A stretch of 35,895 nt of DNA. It comes from a virus. Its lineage: Duplodnaviria > Caudoviricetes. Positions 18,056-26,650 of the stretch are shown one piece after another. Location: the IMG/VR virus record IMGVR_UViG_3300034980_000082, positions 1 through 35,895 of that record; one strand, written 5' to 3'. Under the pieces are notes generated by a model that searched no databases, was not told the DNA's origin, and saw nothing but the letters and a program-made list of their open reading frames with translations. A program made the position numbers and the translations under genes. Every line of letters starts with the position of its first letter. Position 1 is the stretch's first letter.

Positions 18056-18446
18056 GTACAAAGCCACTGTTGTAAAAATCGTTGATGGAGATACTGTCGA
18101 TGTTGATGTTGATCTTGGTTGGAATGTCGTTATTCGTGGCAGTAGTGGTCGCATTCGTTTGTTTGGAGTTGATACACCCGAGTCTCGCACCCGTGATAAA
18201 ACAGAAAAGAAATTCGGGCTTTTAGCTAAAAAGTTTGTAGAAGCCTTTATGCCAGTAGGCACAAAGGTCATTTTAAGAACCCATGAAAAAGGCAAATACG
18301 GTAGATACCTTGGGGATTTTAAAGTGGGCAAGAAATGGCTGTGTAAAGAGCTTCTAAAGCACCATCATGCCGTGGAATATACAGGTCAAAACAAGAAACT
18401 AGTCGCTGCTGGTCATTTGGCTAACAGAAAATTGGTTAAAGTATAA
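18048..18446 (+). CDS. Thermonuclease (SNase-like)
   Basis: VKIVDGDTV, RIRLFGVDTPE, GKYGRYLG motifs. Confidence 0.9.
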   Translation: MYEYKATVVKIVDGDTVDVDVDLGWNVVIRGSSGRIRLFGVDTPESRTRDKTEKKFGLLAKKFVEAFMPVGTKVILRTHEKGKYGRYLGDFKVGKKWLCKELLKHHHAVEYTGQNKKLVAAGHLANRKLVKV

Positions 18447-18474
18447 ATTATACATTTACTTATATGCAAAAGTA

Positions 18475-19884
18475 ATGCCAGAAATCTATCTGCCCGCAAA
18501 GCTAAACCGTTTTCTCGAACCCAAAAGGTTTAAGATAGCCATTGGTGGGCGTGGCTCTGGCAAGAGCATGAGCTTTGCCAATATGTGCCTGATGGATGCA
18601 CAGATAAAGAATATAAAGACGCTTTGCTTTCGCGAGTACCAGAACTCTATTGATGACTCTGTTCACTCGCTTTTAAAGGCAGAGATTGATCGTTTAAAGC
18701 TTCACGGTTTTAGTGTCCAGAAATCCGCCATCCTGCTTAATGATGAGCCTATGTTTAAATTTAAAGGCTTGGCGCGTGATCCAGAAGCAGTTAAGTCTGC
18801 ACACGGTTTCCAACGATTTTGGGTTGAAGAGGCCCAGACTATTAGCTTTGATTCGCTTAAAGCCTTAACGCCAACACTGCGAGAGGAAGGCTCAGAGATA
18901 TGGTTCTCTGCTAACCCGCGCTCCTCAGTTGACGCATTCAGCCAGCGATTCATTAAGCCCTACGAAAAGCAGTTGCTTAGGGAAGGCTCTTATGAGGATG
19001 ATGACCACCTTATTATATCCATCAATATTGAGGACAACCGACTTGCCCCAGATGTTTTACTGAGAGAGATGGCGGGTGATAAGGTACGGATGTCACCCGC
19101 CTTGTTTAGTCATGTCTGGGCTGGTCATTTTCTTGATGATGTGCAGGACTCGATAATTCCCTCTGAATGGTTTGATGCGGCGATTGATTCGCACAAGAAG
19201 CTAGGCTTTGAGGCAACTGGTGCTGTTATAGCCTCTCACGATCCCTCAGATGAGGGTGGTGACAGTAAAGGCTTTGCCTTGCGTAAGGGTTCGGTCATTC
19301 TTGATGTCTGCGAGAAGGTAACAGGAGACTCCAACGAGGGCATGGACTGGGCGCTAGAAAAGTCCAGAAACGCACAAGCTGATTGGCTGGTGTGGGATTG
19401 CGATGGGCTGGGTATTTCATTAAAGCGTCAGGTTGACCAGGAACTGGAATCAACTAAGATGCAGAAGCACCAGTTTAGAGGTTCAGAGTCGCCCGATGAT
19501 AGTGAGCTACCGTATTCGGGAACGGACTCAAAGACTAATCGAGACACCTTTCTCAACAAGAGGGCGCAGTACTGGTGGAAGCTAAGGGATAGGTTCTATG
19601 CGACCTATCGGGCGGTAGAAAAGGGCGAATACATTAACCCAGAAGAGCTTATATCCTTATCCTCTGAGATTGATGTGCTTGATCAATTACGCAGTGAGGT
19701 TTGCCGAATACCTCAAAAACGCTCTAACAGTGGTAAAATTCAGATTATGAGTAAGATAGATATGGCTAAGAAGCCTTATCAGTTACCTTCGCCAAACATG
19801 GGCGATTCCTTGATGATGGCGATGTTCTCGCCCAAAGCAACGCGACAAGATGCCGTGAAACTTAATTTTAGTGGTTGGGGTTAA
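18475..19884 (+). CDS. terL: Terminase large subunit (PBSX-type)
   Basis: Walker A GGRGSGKS, Walker B WVEEAQ, EIWFSANP; nuclease HDPSDEGGD and SPNMGDSL. Confidence 0.95.
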   Translation: MPEIYLPAKLNRFLEPKRFKIAIGGRGSGKSMSFANMCLMDAQIKNIKTLCFREYQNSIDDSVHSLLKAEIDRLKLHGFSVQKSAILLNDEPMFKFKGLARDPEAVKSAHGFQRFWVEEAQTISFDSLKALTPTLREEGSEIWFSANPRSSVDAFSQRFIKPYEKQLLREGSYEDDDHLIISINIEDNRLAPDVLLREMAGDKVRMSPALFSHVWAGHFLDDVQDSIIPSEWFDAAIDSHKKLGFEATGAVIASHDPSDEGGDSKGFALRKGSVILDVCEKVTGDSNEGMDWALEKSRNAQADWLVWDCDGLGISLKRQVDQELESTKMQKHQFRGSESPDDSELPYSGTDSKTNRDTFLNKRAQYWWKLRDRFYATYRAVEKGEYINPEELISLSSEIDVLDQLRSEVCRIPQKRSNSGKIQIMSKIDMAKKPYQLPSPNMGDSLMMAMFSPKATRQDAVKLNFSGWG

Positions 19885-19885
19885 A

Positions 19886-22138
19886 ATGGAAGACGAAAAG
19901 AAAGAATTAGATAAAGAGGGGGAAGGCGAGCAAACTGAATTCGACACCCTATCGTTTTATGACAAATATGATGACCACGACAAAGTAGTCAATCTTTTGA
20001 CGGCTAGTCAAGAAGCTGACAATGACTTGCGAGAGCACGCTAGAGAGGCCCATCTGTTTCTAGACCAGCGAACAGGGCAGTGGGAACAGTACTGGTGGAA
20101 TGCCAACGATGGCAACCCTCGCTACACCTTTGACCAGTGTAACCCTATAGTTGCTCAGGTGTCCTCTGAGATAGAGCAGGCTGATTTTGACATCAGGGTA
20201 TCACCCGCTGGCGGAAAGGCTACAAAGGCTATTGCAAGCACATTTGATGGGATTATTCGCAATATTGAAAATATGAGCAACTCAACCCAGATTTATGGTC
20301 AGTCTGCTAGGGGCATGATTACCTCTGGCTTTGACGCTTGGCGCGTCGTGCAGAAATATGTAGATGATAATTCTTTTGATCAGGACTTACTGATTGAAAA
20401 GATCGCTAACCCTTTGGATCGAGTCTGGTTTGACCCATCGGCAGAGCTTCAGGATAAGTCTGATTCGCGCTACTGCTTTGTGCTTCACCCGATCTCAGTT
20501 GAGGAATACGACAGCCGCTGGCCTGAAGGTTCGGGGCAATCATTGTCCGATGATCGAGAGGGCGAAGCCTACTATGACAAGGCCGAGGTAATCCGAATCG
20601 GTGAGTTTTTATACGTGGAATCTCACGAAAGAGAGTTGGTGATGATGTCCAACGGCCAAACGCATGAGGTTAATGATGACTTTGAGTCTGTCGTTGATGA
20701 CCTAGCAGAGCTAGGCGTTACCGAGGTTAGAAGACGCACCCGAAAATCTCACAGGGTGTGCTCGCGATTTTTTGACGCAGAGAACTGGCTAGAGGAAAAG
20801 AAAGAGACAGTATTCAACCGAATCCCTGTTGTTCCTGTGTACGGCAATTTTAAGATTAATGAGGCAAAAACGATATATTGGGGCGTGGTAGAGAAACTTC
20901 TAGACCCGCAGAGAGTGATGAACTACGCACTTTCAAGAGAGGTAGCGGAGGGCGCACTAGCTCCAAGGGCGAAGTATTGGATGACATCGACCCAGGCTCT
21001 AGGCCATGAGACCGAGCTGCAGACCTTAAACACTAACTCTGATCCGGTGCAGATATTCAATCCAGACCCAGAGATGCCGCAAGTTCCACAGCAGCAGGGC
21101 GGGGCGCAGATTAATCCTGGTCTTAGAACAGTGTCCACCGCCATGCAGGGAATGATGGCATCTACGTCAGGTATGTTTTCGGCCAACATGGGCGAGAGCG
21201 TCAACAATCAGTCTGGGACAGCAATTAAGCAGCTCCAGAACGCTGGCAATAACACAACCTACACCTATTCTAGGAGCATGGAGATAGCAATAGCGGCAAC
21301 TGGAAAATTGCTCAAGGACGCTATTCCCACTGTCTACGACACAGAAAGAACGGTCAGACTTTTGCGCGAAGATGAAACCTTTGACATGGCAGAACTTAAC
21401 CAGCGGGTAATTGATAAGGAAACTGGCGAGATGGTTATTGTAAACGACCTCTCCGTCGGCACTTACGATGTTATCTGTCGAGCTGGTCCTAGTTTTAAAA
21501 ACAGGCAACAGGAAACGATTGAGGCGATTACCACTCTGGCTGAAGTCGATCCGAGTCTTATGCAGATAGCGGGTGACTTACTGCTGCAAAGCATAGCGAC
21601 ACCAGCGGCTAGTCTTATAGCCGAACGCAAGCGTGAGCAGATGATGCAGGCGGGTCTAATTCCTCAGTCACAGATGACCGAAGAAGAATTGGCAGAGATT
21701 CAGCAGGCTGAAATGATGGCCCAGCAGGGCGGTCAGCCAGTTGATCCCAACATGATTATCGCTCAGGCCGAGCAACTTACGGCTGAGTCAGAAATGCTTA
21801 AAGCGCAGATCGAGCAAGCCAAGTTGCAGAATGAGCAGATTAAGATTCAAAATGATCAGTTTAAACTTCAGCTTGAGGCTCAGAAGATGCAAGCTGAGCA
21901 GATTGATGACCAGGGCGACCAGCAGATTGATGCGTTTAGAGCAGAGACTGACAGGATGGACACCCAGATACGGGCAGAAGAGGCTGGAGCTGACGTTGAC
22001 TTGAAGAATACGAAGACTTTAGGCGAACAGATCAGTAACCAGCAAAAAATGACTGAGATGGCTGAGAAGCAGCGGCAGGCTCAGATTAATCAATTGAGCA
22101 ATGAAGAATTGATGGAGATAGCCAATGGCAGAGTATAG
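19886..22138 (+). CDS. P22-like portal protein
   Basis: ~750 aa after terL; IPVVPVYG, GVVEKLLDPQR..NY, SGTAI, GTYDV...GPSF; long Gln/Glu C-terminal barrel helix. Confidence 0.92.
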   Translation: MEDEKKELDKEGEGEQTEFDTLSFYDKYDDHDKVVNLLTASQEADNDLREHAREAHLFLDQRTGQWEQYWWNANDGNPRYTFDQCNPIVAQVSSEIEQADFDIRVSPAGGKATKAIASTFDGIIRNIENMSNSTQIYGQSARGMITSGFDAWRVVQKYVDDNSFDQDLLIEKIANPLDRVWFDPSAELQDKSDSRYCFVLHPISVEEYDSRWPEGSGQSLSDDREGEAYYDKAEVIRIGEFLYVESHERELVMMSNGQTHEVNDDFESVVDDLAELGVTEVRRRTRKSHRVCSRFFDAENWLEEKKETVFNRIPVVPVYGNFKINEAKTIYWGVVEKLLDPQRVMNYALSREVAEGALAPRAKYWMTSTQALGHETELQTLNTNSDPVQIFNPDPEMPQVPQQQGGAQINPGLRTVSTAMQGMMASTSGMFSANMGESVNNQSGTAIKQLQNAGNNTTYTYSRSMEIAIAATGKLLKDAIPTVYDTERTVRLLREDETFDMAELNQRVIDKETGEMVIVNDLSVGTYDVICRAGPSFKNRQQETIEAITTLAEVDPSLMQIAGDLLLQSIATPAASLIAERKREQMMQAGLIPQSQMTEEELAEIQQAEMMAQQGGQPVDPNMIIAQAEQLTAESEMLKAQIEQAKLQNEQIKIQNDQFKLQLEAQKMQAEQIDDQGDQQIDAFRAETDRMDTQIRAEEAGADVDLKNTKTLGEQISNQQKMTEMAEKQRQAQINQLSNEELMEIANGRV

Positions 22139-22313
22139 TTCGTTACGTAATTTGGAGCAGTTTAAGGCTGCTCCTAAACAAAATAGCTTGTCTGTCTCTC
22201 AACAAGAAGCGATTGAGACTTTAGAAAAAAGAGGAATTAAACCTCAAGCCGAAACTATTATAAGTATAGAGCCTATCAACCAAAGCTCATTGCGTGACTT
22301 GTTTGGCAGATAA
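22125..22313 (+). CDS. Hypothetical protein
   Basis: 62 aa overlapping the portal end; GGAG SD; SSLRNL/SSLRDL at both ends. Confidence 0.5.
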   Translation: MAEYSSLRNLEQFKAAPKQNSLSVSQQEAIETLEKRGIKPQAETIISIEPINQSSLRDLFGR

Positions 22314-22317
22314 CCTA

Positions 22318-22333
22318 TGTTCCACGTGAAACC
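22318..22333. promoter_or_regulatory. parS: parS-like site TGTTCCACGTGAAACC
   Basis: 15/16 match to the consensus TGTTNCACGTGAAACA; lies in the short gap between convergent genes. Confidence 0.75.
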
Positions 22334-22346
22334 TATGTTGTTATTG

Positions 22347-22667
22347 TTAATTCCTTTCGCCTTTTAACGGTTTAATCGTAAAAAACTCTTGATGCTCAGG
22401 ATATGTTGCCCGAAACATTCTGGCGTAATAAGCTATAAAATCATTAGATATTTTAAAATCATCCCCGCTTGTCTTAATCGCGTGATCCCATCGCATCTTG
22501 TTAATGACAAGCCATGCTGATGATTTCTTTACTCCTGACCTCATCAGCTCATGCGTCTGCTCTTGGAATTCTATCCAAATGTGCGGGTTCTTTTTATGCC
22601 AATCCCACCACTTTTGTTTAGTGTCATCAGTGGCGGGGGCTGAAAATCCATTCTTGTAAATGCTCAT
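22347..22667 (-). CDS. Conserved-looking phage hypothetical protein
   Basis: 106 aa, WH..NP.I...F...RW.....FKISNDFIAYYARMF; coupled to ssb. Confidence 0.7.
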   Translation of the reverse strand: MSIYKNGFSAPATDDTKQKWWDWHKKNPHIWIEFQEQTHELMRSGVKKSSAWLVINKMRWDHAIKTSGDDFKISNDFIAYYARMFRATYPEHQEFFTIKPLKGERN

Positions 22668-23077
22668 CAGAAAGGAATGTCGTCGTCAAAGGCATCAATG
22701 GTTGGGGTGCTCGCCTTGTGAGCAAGCTCTGGTTGGTCGCCCCGCCGACCAGGGGAACGGTTAGCGCCAGATTCGCCTGAGTTGTGCATATCTAAATTAT
22801 TGACAATAACTACAGGTTTGGAATGCTTAATTCCACCCTTCTCCCAAGTTTCTAAAACAAACTCGCCCTGTACCGTTACTGGCTTGCCCTTTAGGAGGTA
22901 CGGAGCCAGCTTGTCAGCCCGATCACCCAACAGCTTGCAGTCAACCCAACTTACCTTCTCATACTCCCCATAGCCCTGCTTAACGGGCAGAGGAAAGCTG
23001 CCTACACTCTTGCCGTTGGGTGTGACCCTTAGATCAAGGTCTTTGCCTAGATTACCACTTGCAATAAATACATTCAT
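22667..23077 (-). CDS. ssb: Single-stranded DNA-binding protein
   Basis: MNVFIASGNLGKD, LKGKPVTVQG, acidic tail DDDIPF; start ATG 23077. Confidence 0.95.
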   Translation of the reverse strand: MNVFIASGNLGKDLDLRVTPNGKSVGSFPLPVKQGYGEYEKVSWVDCKLLGDRADKLAPYLLKGKPVTVQGEFVLETWEKGGIKHSKPVVIVNNLDMHNSGESGANRSPGRRGDQPELAHKASTPTIDAFDDDIPF

Positions 23078-23079
23078 AA

Positions 23080-23175
23080 TTACCATCCGTTTAGAATTAA
23101 TAAAAACATCGAGGCACAAATTACAATTGTGCCAACGGCATAAAAAAACTCACTTAAATTTTCGTTAATTTTCAT
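23080..23175 (-). CDS. 31-aa membrane peptide (not in ORF track)
   Basis: MKINENLSEFFYAVGTIVICASMFLLILNGW; ATGA overlap with the erf stop; ends 2 nt before the ssb start. Confidence 0.6.
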   Translation of the reverse strand: MKINENLSEFFYAVGTIVICASMFLLILNGW

Positions 23176-23777
23176 TGTCCTTCTCCGTGATAGGCAATTC
23201 TAAATTCTTTAGATTTCATGACTTCTCGCTGGCGCGTTGAGAAGCACCCGCCCTTGGATGGTGCTACCCACAGAGCCTCTTTAACGTGTTCTGGTAGCGT
23301 GAACCAATTCTCTGCGGCTGTTGATAGATCATCGTTTGCAATGGCGACTTGAATTGAATCAATGGAGGTTTCGTACTCCTTGTTGTAGTCGATTAGCGCA
23401 GAATTGCCATCGTCATCATCAGTCGGCACTCCGGCGGCTGCTTGCAAAGACAGCCGACGACAATAGGTCAGGCCAGCCGCATAGCCGTGTGCGTCCTGCT
23501 TGCAAGGAATTAAAAACTCTGATTCCAGCCACTCGCCGCTACTGTGCATGATCCGTGTTGCAACGCCTACGTTTCCGTCTTGAGCAATTGGAAACTGGAC
23601 AAATGACAACCCAGTGTTGGCAAAAGGCATTCTGATAGCGGCTATAACCGCTGTTAAGTCTGCATACTTTGACTTAAAGAATGGATTTTCAGAGTCCTTA
23701 ATGGCAGCACCCATCTGGGCTTGCGCGTCTGAAAGAGCTGTTGCCAGGTTTTCAATTGATTCAGATTGATTAATCAT
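23172..23777 (-). CDS. erf: ERF-family ssDNA-annealing protein
   Basis: ENPFFKSKYADL, GLSFVQ, HSSGEWLES, GLTYCRRLSL....G...DDDDGN. Confidence 0.92.
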   Translation of the reverse strand: MINQSESIENLATALSDAQAQMGAAIKDSENPFFKSKYADLTAVIAAIRMPFANTGLSFVQFPIAQDGNVGVATRIMHSSGEWLESEFLIPCKQDAHGYAAGLTYCRRLSLQAAAGVPTDDDDGNSALIDYNKEYETSIDSIQVAIANDDLSTAAENWFTLPEHVKEALWVAPSKGGCFSTRQREVMKSKEFRIAYHGEGQ

Positions 23778-23998
23778 TTTTGTTCCTGCTCGGCATAAAA
23801 GCCGTCCATGTAAATTTTAAAAAATTCTTCTTGGTAAGCGTTCCATGCTGGGCTATTTTTAGGGTATGGGTTGTCGGGATCGCCATCCTTGAAGTCCCAT
23901 GCCGCTTTGATCCGAGCAACAAACTCAGACTCTTTTGACAGAAGAGAGTTAACAATACGTTTGTTGTGGTGTTTGCCTCGAAAAATGATAACGCTCAC
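23774..23998 (-). CDS. Hypothetical protein
   Basis: Likely GTG start overlapping the upstream stop; NPYPKNSPAWNAY motif. Confidence 0.6.
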   Translation of the reverse strand: MSVIIFRGKHHNKRIVNSLLSKESEFVARIKAAWDFKDGDPDNPYPKNSPAWNAYQEEFFKIYMDGFYAEQEQK

Positions 23999-24291
23999 GA
24001 CAAGTCCTCCCAAACATCGCGTACGTCTCCCGCAATGTAATCAGTAACAAGTTCGCGCAGATGTTGTCCCAGTTCTTTGTCAGCATCTTCCTGCGCGTTA
24101 CTGTTTTTGCACTTGACTGCTTGAAGGAGTTTGTCTTTAAAAACTGCGTCAAAAGCAGTAGCTGTTTTTAGTGTTGCTTCTGTGCCTGCAGCCTCAAAAA
24201 AAAGCGGGCTGTCGGATTCAATTTCGCCAACAGTTAATGCCTCTATTTTCATCTCAATATCGTCTTGAGCTATTTCGTTATAAAAATTCAT
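23995..24291 (-). CDS. Hypothetical acidic protein, first gene of the leftward operon
   Basis: 98 aa; AAGGGG SD upstream on the minus strand. Confidence 0.7.
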   Translation of the reverse strand: MNFYNEIAQDDIEMKIEALTVGEIESDSPLFFEAAGTEATLKTATAFDAVFKDKLLQAVKCKNSNAQEDADKELGQHLRELVTDYIAGDVRDVWEDLS

Positions 24292-24310
24292 TTGTTTCCC
24301 CTTTGTTTAT

Positions 24311-24339
24311 TTGCGATTGAGGTAATCTTAATGTAATAT
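24311..24339 (+). promoter_or_regulatory. Rightward sigma70-type promoter overlapping the leftward one
   Basis: TTGCGA-N17-TAATAT. Confidence 0.5.
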
Positions 24340-24353
24340 TTAATTTAAATCAA
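24325..24353 (-). promoter_or_regulatory. Leftward sigma70-type promoter
   Basis: Minus strand TTGATT-N17-TAAGAT in the AT-rich divergent gap. Confidence 0.65.
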
Positions 24354-24393
24354 GCGAATATTCACTAAAAATGCAACAAAGGATAAATTATAT

Positions 24394-24600
24394 ATGAAGA
24401 AGAAAGTTAAGTTGGCTAAGTATTTGGAGGACAGGAACAATCTGCAGTCTGACCTTGGTGAGATATTCGGCATCTTTCCATCGCGCATAAGCCAGATTAA
24501 GGCTAGTAATCCAGAGGCCACGCTAATCATTGAAAATGGGGAGGTGGCCGAGCTTCATTACATAAAACCAAAGATATACTACCGAGTTGTGGGAAATTAA
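24394..24600 (+). CDS. Cro-like HTH regulator
   Basis: 68 aa; KLAKYL...QSDLGEIFGIFPSRISQ HTH plus a beta-rich tail ending IKP, paralleling lambda Cro; first rightward gene. Confidence 0.6.
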   Translation: MKKKVKLAKYLEDRNNLQSDLGEIFGIFPSRISQIKASNPEATLIIENGEVAELHYIKPKIYYRVVGN

Positions 24601-25314
24601 ATGCACTACTATCAATTCAATATAGGGGATTTCAGCCTGCACACGAATCACTTAACGCTCGAAGAAGAGGCGGTGTACAGGCGATTGCTCGACTTTTACT
24701 ACGATACAGAGCTTCCAATACCTATAGAAACCCAGCCGGTTATCCGTCGGTTAAGGCTGGGTTTAAAGAGTGCAATTGTGGATGTAATTTTGCAGGAGTT
24801 TTTCGTAAAAGAAGCGGATGGTTGGCATAATTCTAGGGCTGATTCAGAGATAGCCGCCTATCATGCCAAGGCTGATGCAGCTAGATTAAATGGCAAAAAG
24901 GGCGGCAGACCAAGGAACATAGGCTTTAAAACCCAGTCGGTTATTTTAGCTAACCCAGACCTAACCCAGCAGAAACCTAAACAAGAACCATTAACTAAGA
25001 AACAAGAACTATTAACCACTAAGGGCTTTATCAAGCCAAGCCTTGATCAAGTCTGCAAACAATTTGAGGGCAAGATAGAAGACCCGTATTCAGAGGCATA
25101 TAGCTTTTTTAATCACTATGAGTCTAACGGGTGGAAGGTTGGGACTAATGCCATGTCCTGCTGGCGGGCCTGCACTAACAACTGGATAAAGCGGAGCAAG
25201 AAAGATGCAGCAAATAAAAAAGTATCTGGGAAACAGACCCGTGGCGAGCGATTCGCACAACAAGGCAGAGACTATATCGCCAGAATCGAAGCGGCGAGCG
25301 TTAGTGATGGCTAG
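24601..25314 (+). CDS. Replication initiator, YdaU/DUF1376 family
   Basis: MHYYQFNIGDF...HLTLEEEAVYRRLLDFYY, NGKKGGRP, C-terminal FFNHYESNGWKVG...W. Confidence 0.85.
   Translation: MHYYQFNIGDFSLHTNHLTLEEEAVYRRLLDFYYDTELPIPIETQPVIRRLRLGLKSAIVDVILQEFFVKEADGWHNSRADSEIAAYHAKADAARLNGKKGGRPRNIGFKTQSVILANPDLTQQKPKQEPLTKKQELLTTKGFIKPSLDQVCKQFEGKIEDPYSEAYSFFNHYESNGWKVGTNAMSCWRACTNNWIKRSKKDAANKKVSGKQTRGERFAQQGRDYIARIEAASVSDG
24728..25016. repeat. Putative replication origin iterons inside the initiator gene
   Basis: AAACCCAG(C/T)CGGTTAT at 24728 and 24929; TAACCCAG at 24951 and 24962; AAACAAGAAC(C/T)ATTAAC at 24979 and 25000. Confidence 0.6.
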
Positions 25315-25600
25315 GCTTTGGGAGAAGCTAATTAGCTTTGGGCTAATTCATGAGCCAATTGGTTCTCCAATGTTTGACGATTGGGCAAAGGCGCTGGCTA
25401 CAAAGTCTGAGGCATCTCTGGCCCAAGGAATTAATTTGGCGGCAAAGTATACTGGGTACTTGAAGATTGGTGATTTTATGGAGATGTGCAAAGCGGAGCA
25501 GGCTTGCCATAAGGAGTTCAAGGCTCTGCCCCACAAGGCAATGGACAAGGATGTCTTTAAGGCTAAATTGAAAAAGATGCGTGAAGAACTGGGAATATGA
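25307..25600 (+). CDS. Putative lambda P-like helicase loader (short)
   Basis: Position after the initiator; W...L.......GI......YLKIGDFMEMCK pattern; likely start ATG 25307. Confidence 0.45.
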   Translation: MARLWEKLISFGLIHEPIGSPMFDDWAKALATKSEASLAQGINLAAKYTGYLKIGDFMEMCKAEQACHKEFKALPHKAMDKDVFKAKLKKMREELGI

Positions 25601-25914
25601 GCGAACAGAGAACCTCTCAACAACGAAAAGCTCTTGAGCTATGGTGTCGGTTGTTGTCAGAAGATTTAAACGCGGCAGGGCTTGATCAACGAAAAGTGCT
25701 AAAGCCATCAATAGCTATACCTTGGGGGCAAGAGTCAGTAAAACAGCAGCTATTCAAGCCAATTCTCAAGGCTATGACTGGGCTAGAATCAACGGCAGAC
25801 GCGGAGACAGGCGATTACAGCAAGGTCTATCAGGTATTGGCTAGGCACTTGGGTGACAAGTTGGGGGTCCAGGCTCCAGCATGGCCTGATCGAAACAGGG
25901 AAGATTTAAGATGA
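25597..25914 (+). CDS. NinB-like recombination protein
   Basis: RTSQQRKALELWCRLLS N-terminus; ESTA..ET motif; nin-region position. Confidence 0.55.
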   Translation: MSEQRTSQQRKALELWCRLLSEDLNAAGLDQRKVLKPSIAIPWGQESVKQQLFKPILKAMTGLESTADAETGDYSKVYQVLARHLGDKLGVQAPAWPDRNREDLR

Positions 25915-26240
25915 TAATCCGAAGTAAAAAGATTACCCAGGCGGCAAAAGGCCGGAGCTGTGTGTGCTGTGGGGTTGAAGATGGTACAATCGTAAGGGCG
26001 CACTATAGCGGAATGCGCCAACACCAGTACGGCAAAGGTCGTGGAATTAAAGGTCACGACTGCGTGGCAGCGGACTTATGCATAAGATGTCACGGCAAGT
26101 TTGACAATTACGAAATGGGTAATGGCGAAACCAGTGAACTGAGGGCTATTGACCAAAGCGAACAGTTCCTACATTTCTGTGTGATGACAGTTGTACGAGA
26201 CATTGATGAGGGCGTTTACACGATAGGGAAAATCAAATGA
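25911..26240 (+). CDS. YbcO/DUF1364-like Zn-binding putative nuclease
   Basis: RSKKITQAAKGRSC..C...TIVRAHY...GRGIKGHD....LCIRCH. Confidence 0.75.
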   Translation: MIIRSKKITQAAKGRSCVCCGVEDGTIVRAHYSGMRQHQYGKGRGIKGHDCVAADLCIRCHGKFDNYEMGNGETSELRAIDQSEQFLHFCVMTVVRDIDEGVYTIGKIK

Positions 26241-26611
26241 AAGTTGCGGTCAAGCCTTTGTCTGTCAACCAAGCATGGCAGGGGCGAAGATTCAGGAGCA
26301 AAGCATACAAGGCATACCAGCAAGAAATAGCGCTCAAGCTACGCAAGATGAAACTCCCAAAACCACCCTATACGCTGCTCCTTGAGTTTGGAGTAAGCAA
26401 CAAAGCTGCAGACTACGATAACCCCATCAAGCCCTTTCAAGACTGCCTGCAAGACTTTTATGGCTTTAACGACTCGCAGATTTATGAGGGGGTACAGCGC
26501 AAGGTTATTGTTCCTAAGGGCCAGGAATACATCAAGTTTTCCATCCTTCCGCTTATTGATCTTAGTAATTTGTTTGGGCCTCAACGGAAATTTTCAATAA
26601 AACCTTTATAA
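26237..26611 (+). CDS. rusA: RusA-like Holliday junction resolvase
   Basis: PLSVNQAW, DYDNPIKPFQDCL, NDSQI acidic catalytic pattern. Confidence 0.8.
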   Translation: MKVAVKPLSVNQAWQGRRFRSKAYKAYQQEIALKLRKMKLPKPPYTLLLEFGVSNKAADYDNPIKPFQDCLQDFYGFNDSQIYEGVQRKVIVPKGQEYIKFSILPLIDLSNLFGPQRKFSIKPL

Positions 26612-26650
26612 TGCCGTATACTAAGAGCATATTTTTAAAATATTCTTCCT

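Noticed and set aside
18441-18474. dif-like XerCD integration site (also considered at 24320-24360)
   Set aside because: AT-rich but no recognisable XerD arm (TTATGTTAAA) with 11-6-11 organisation
25205-25306. Upstream start for the P-like gene
   Set aside because: Would overlap the initiator by over 100 nt; ATG 25307 next to the initiator stop is more plausible
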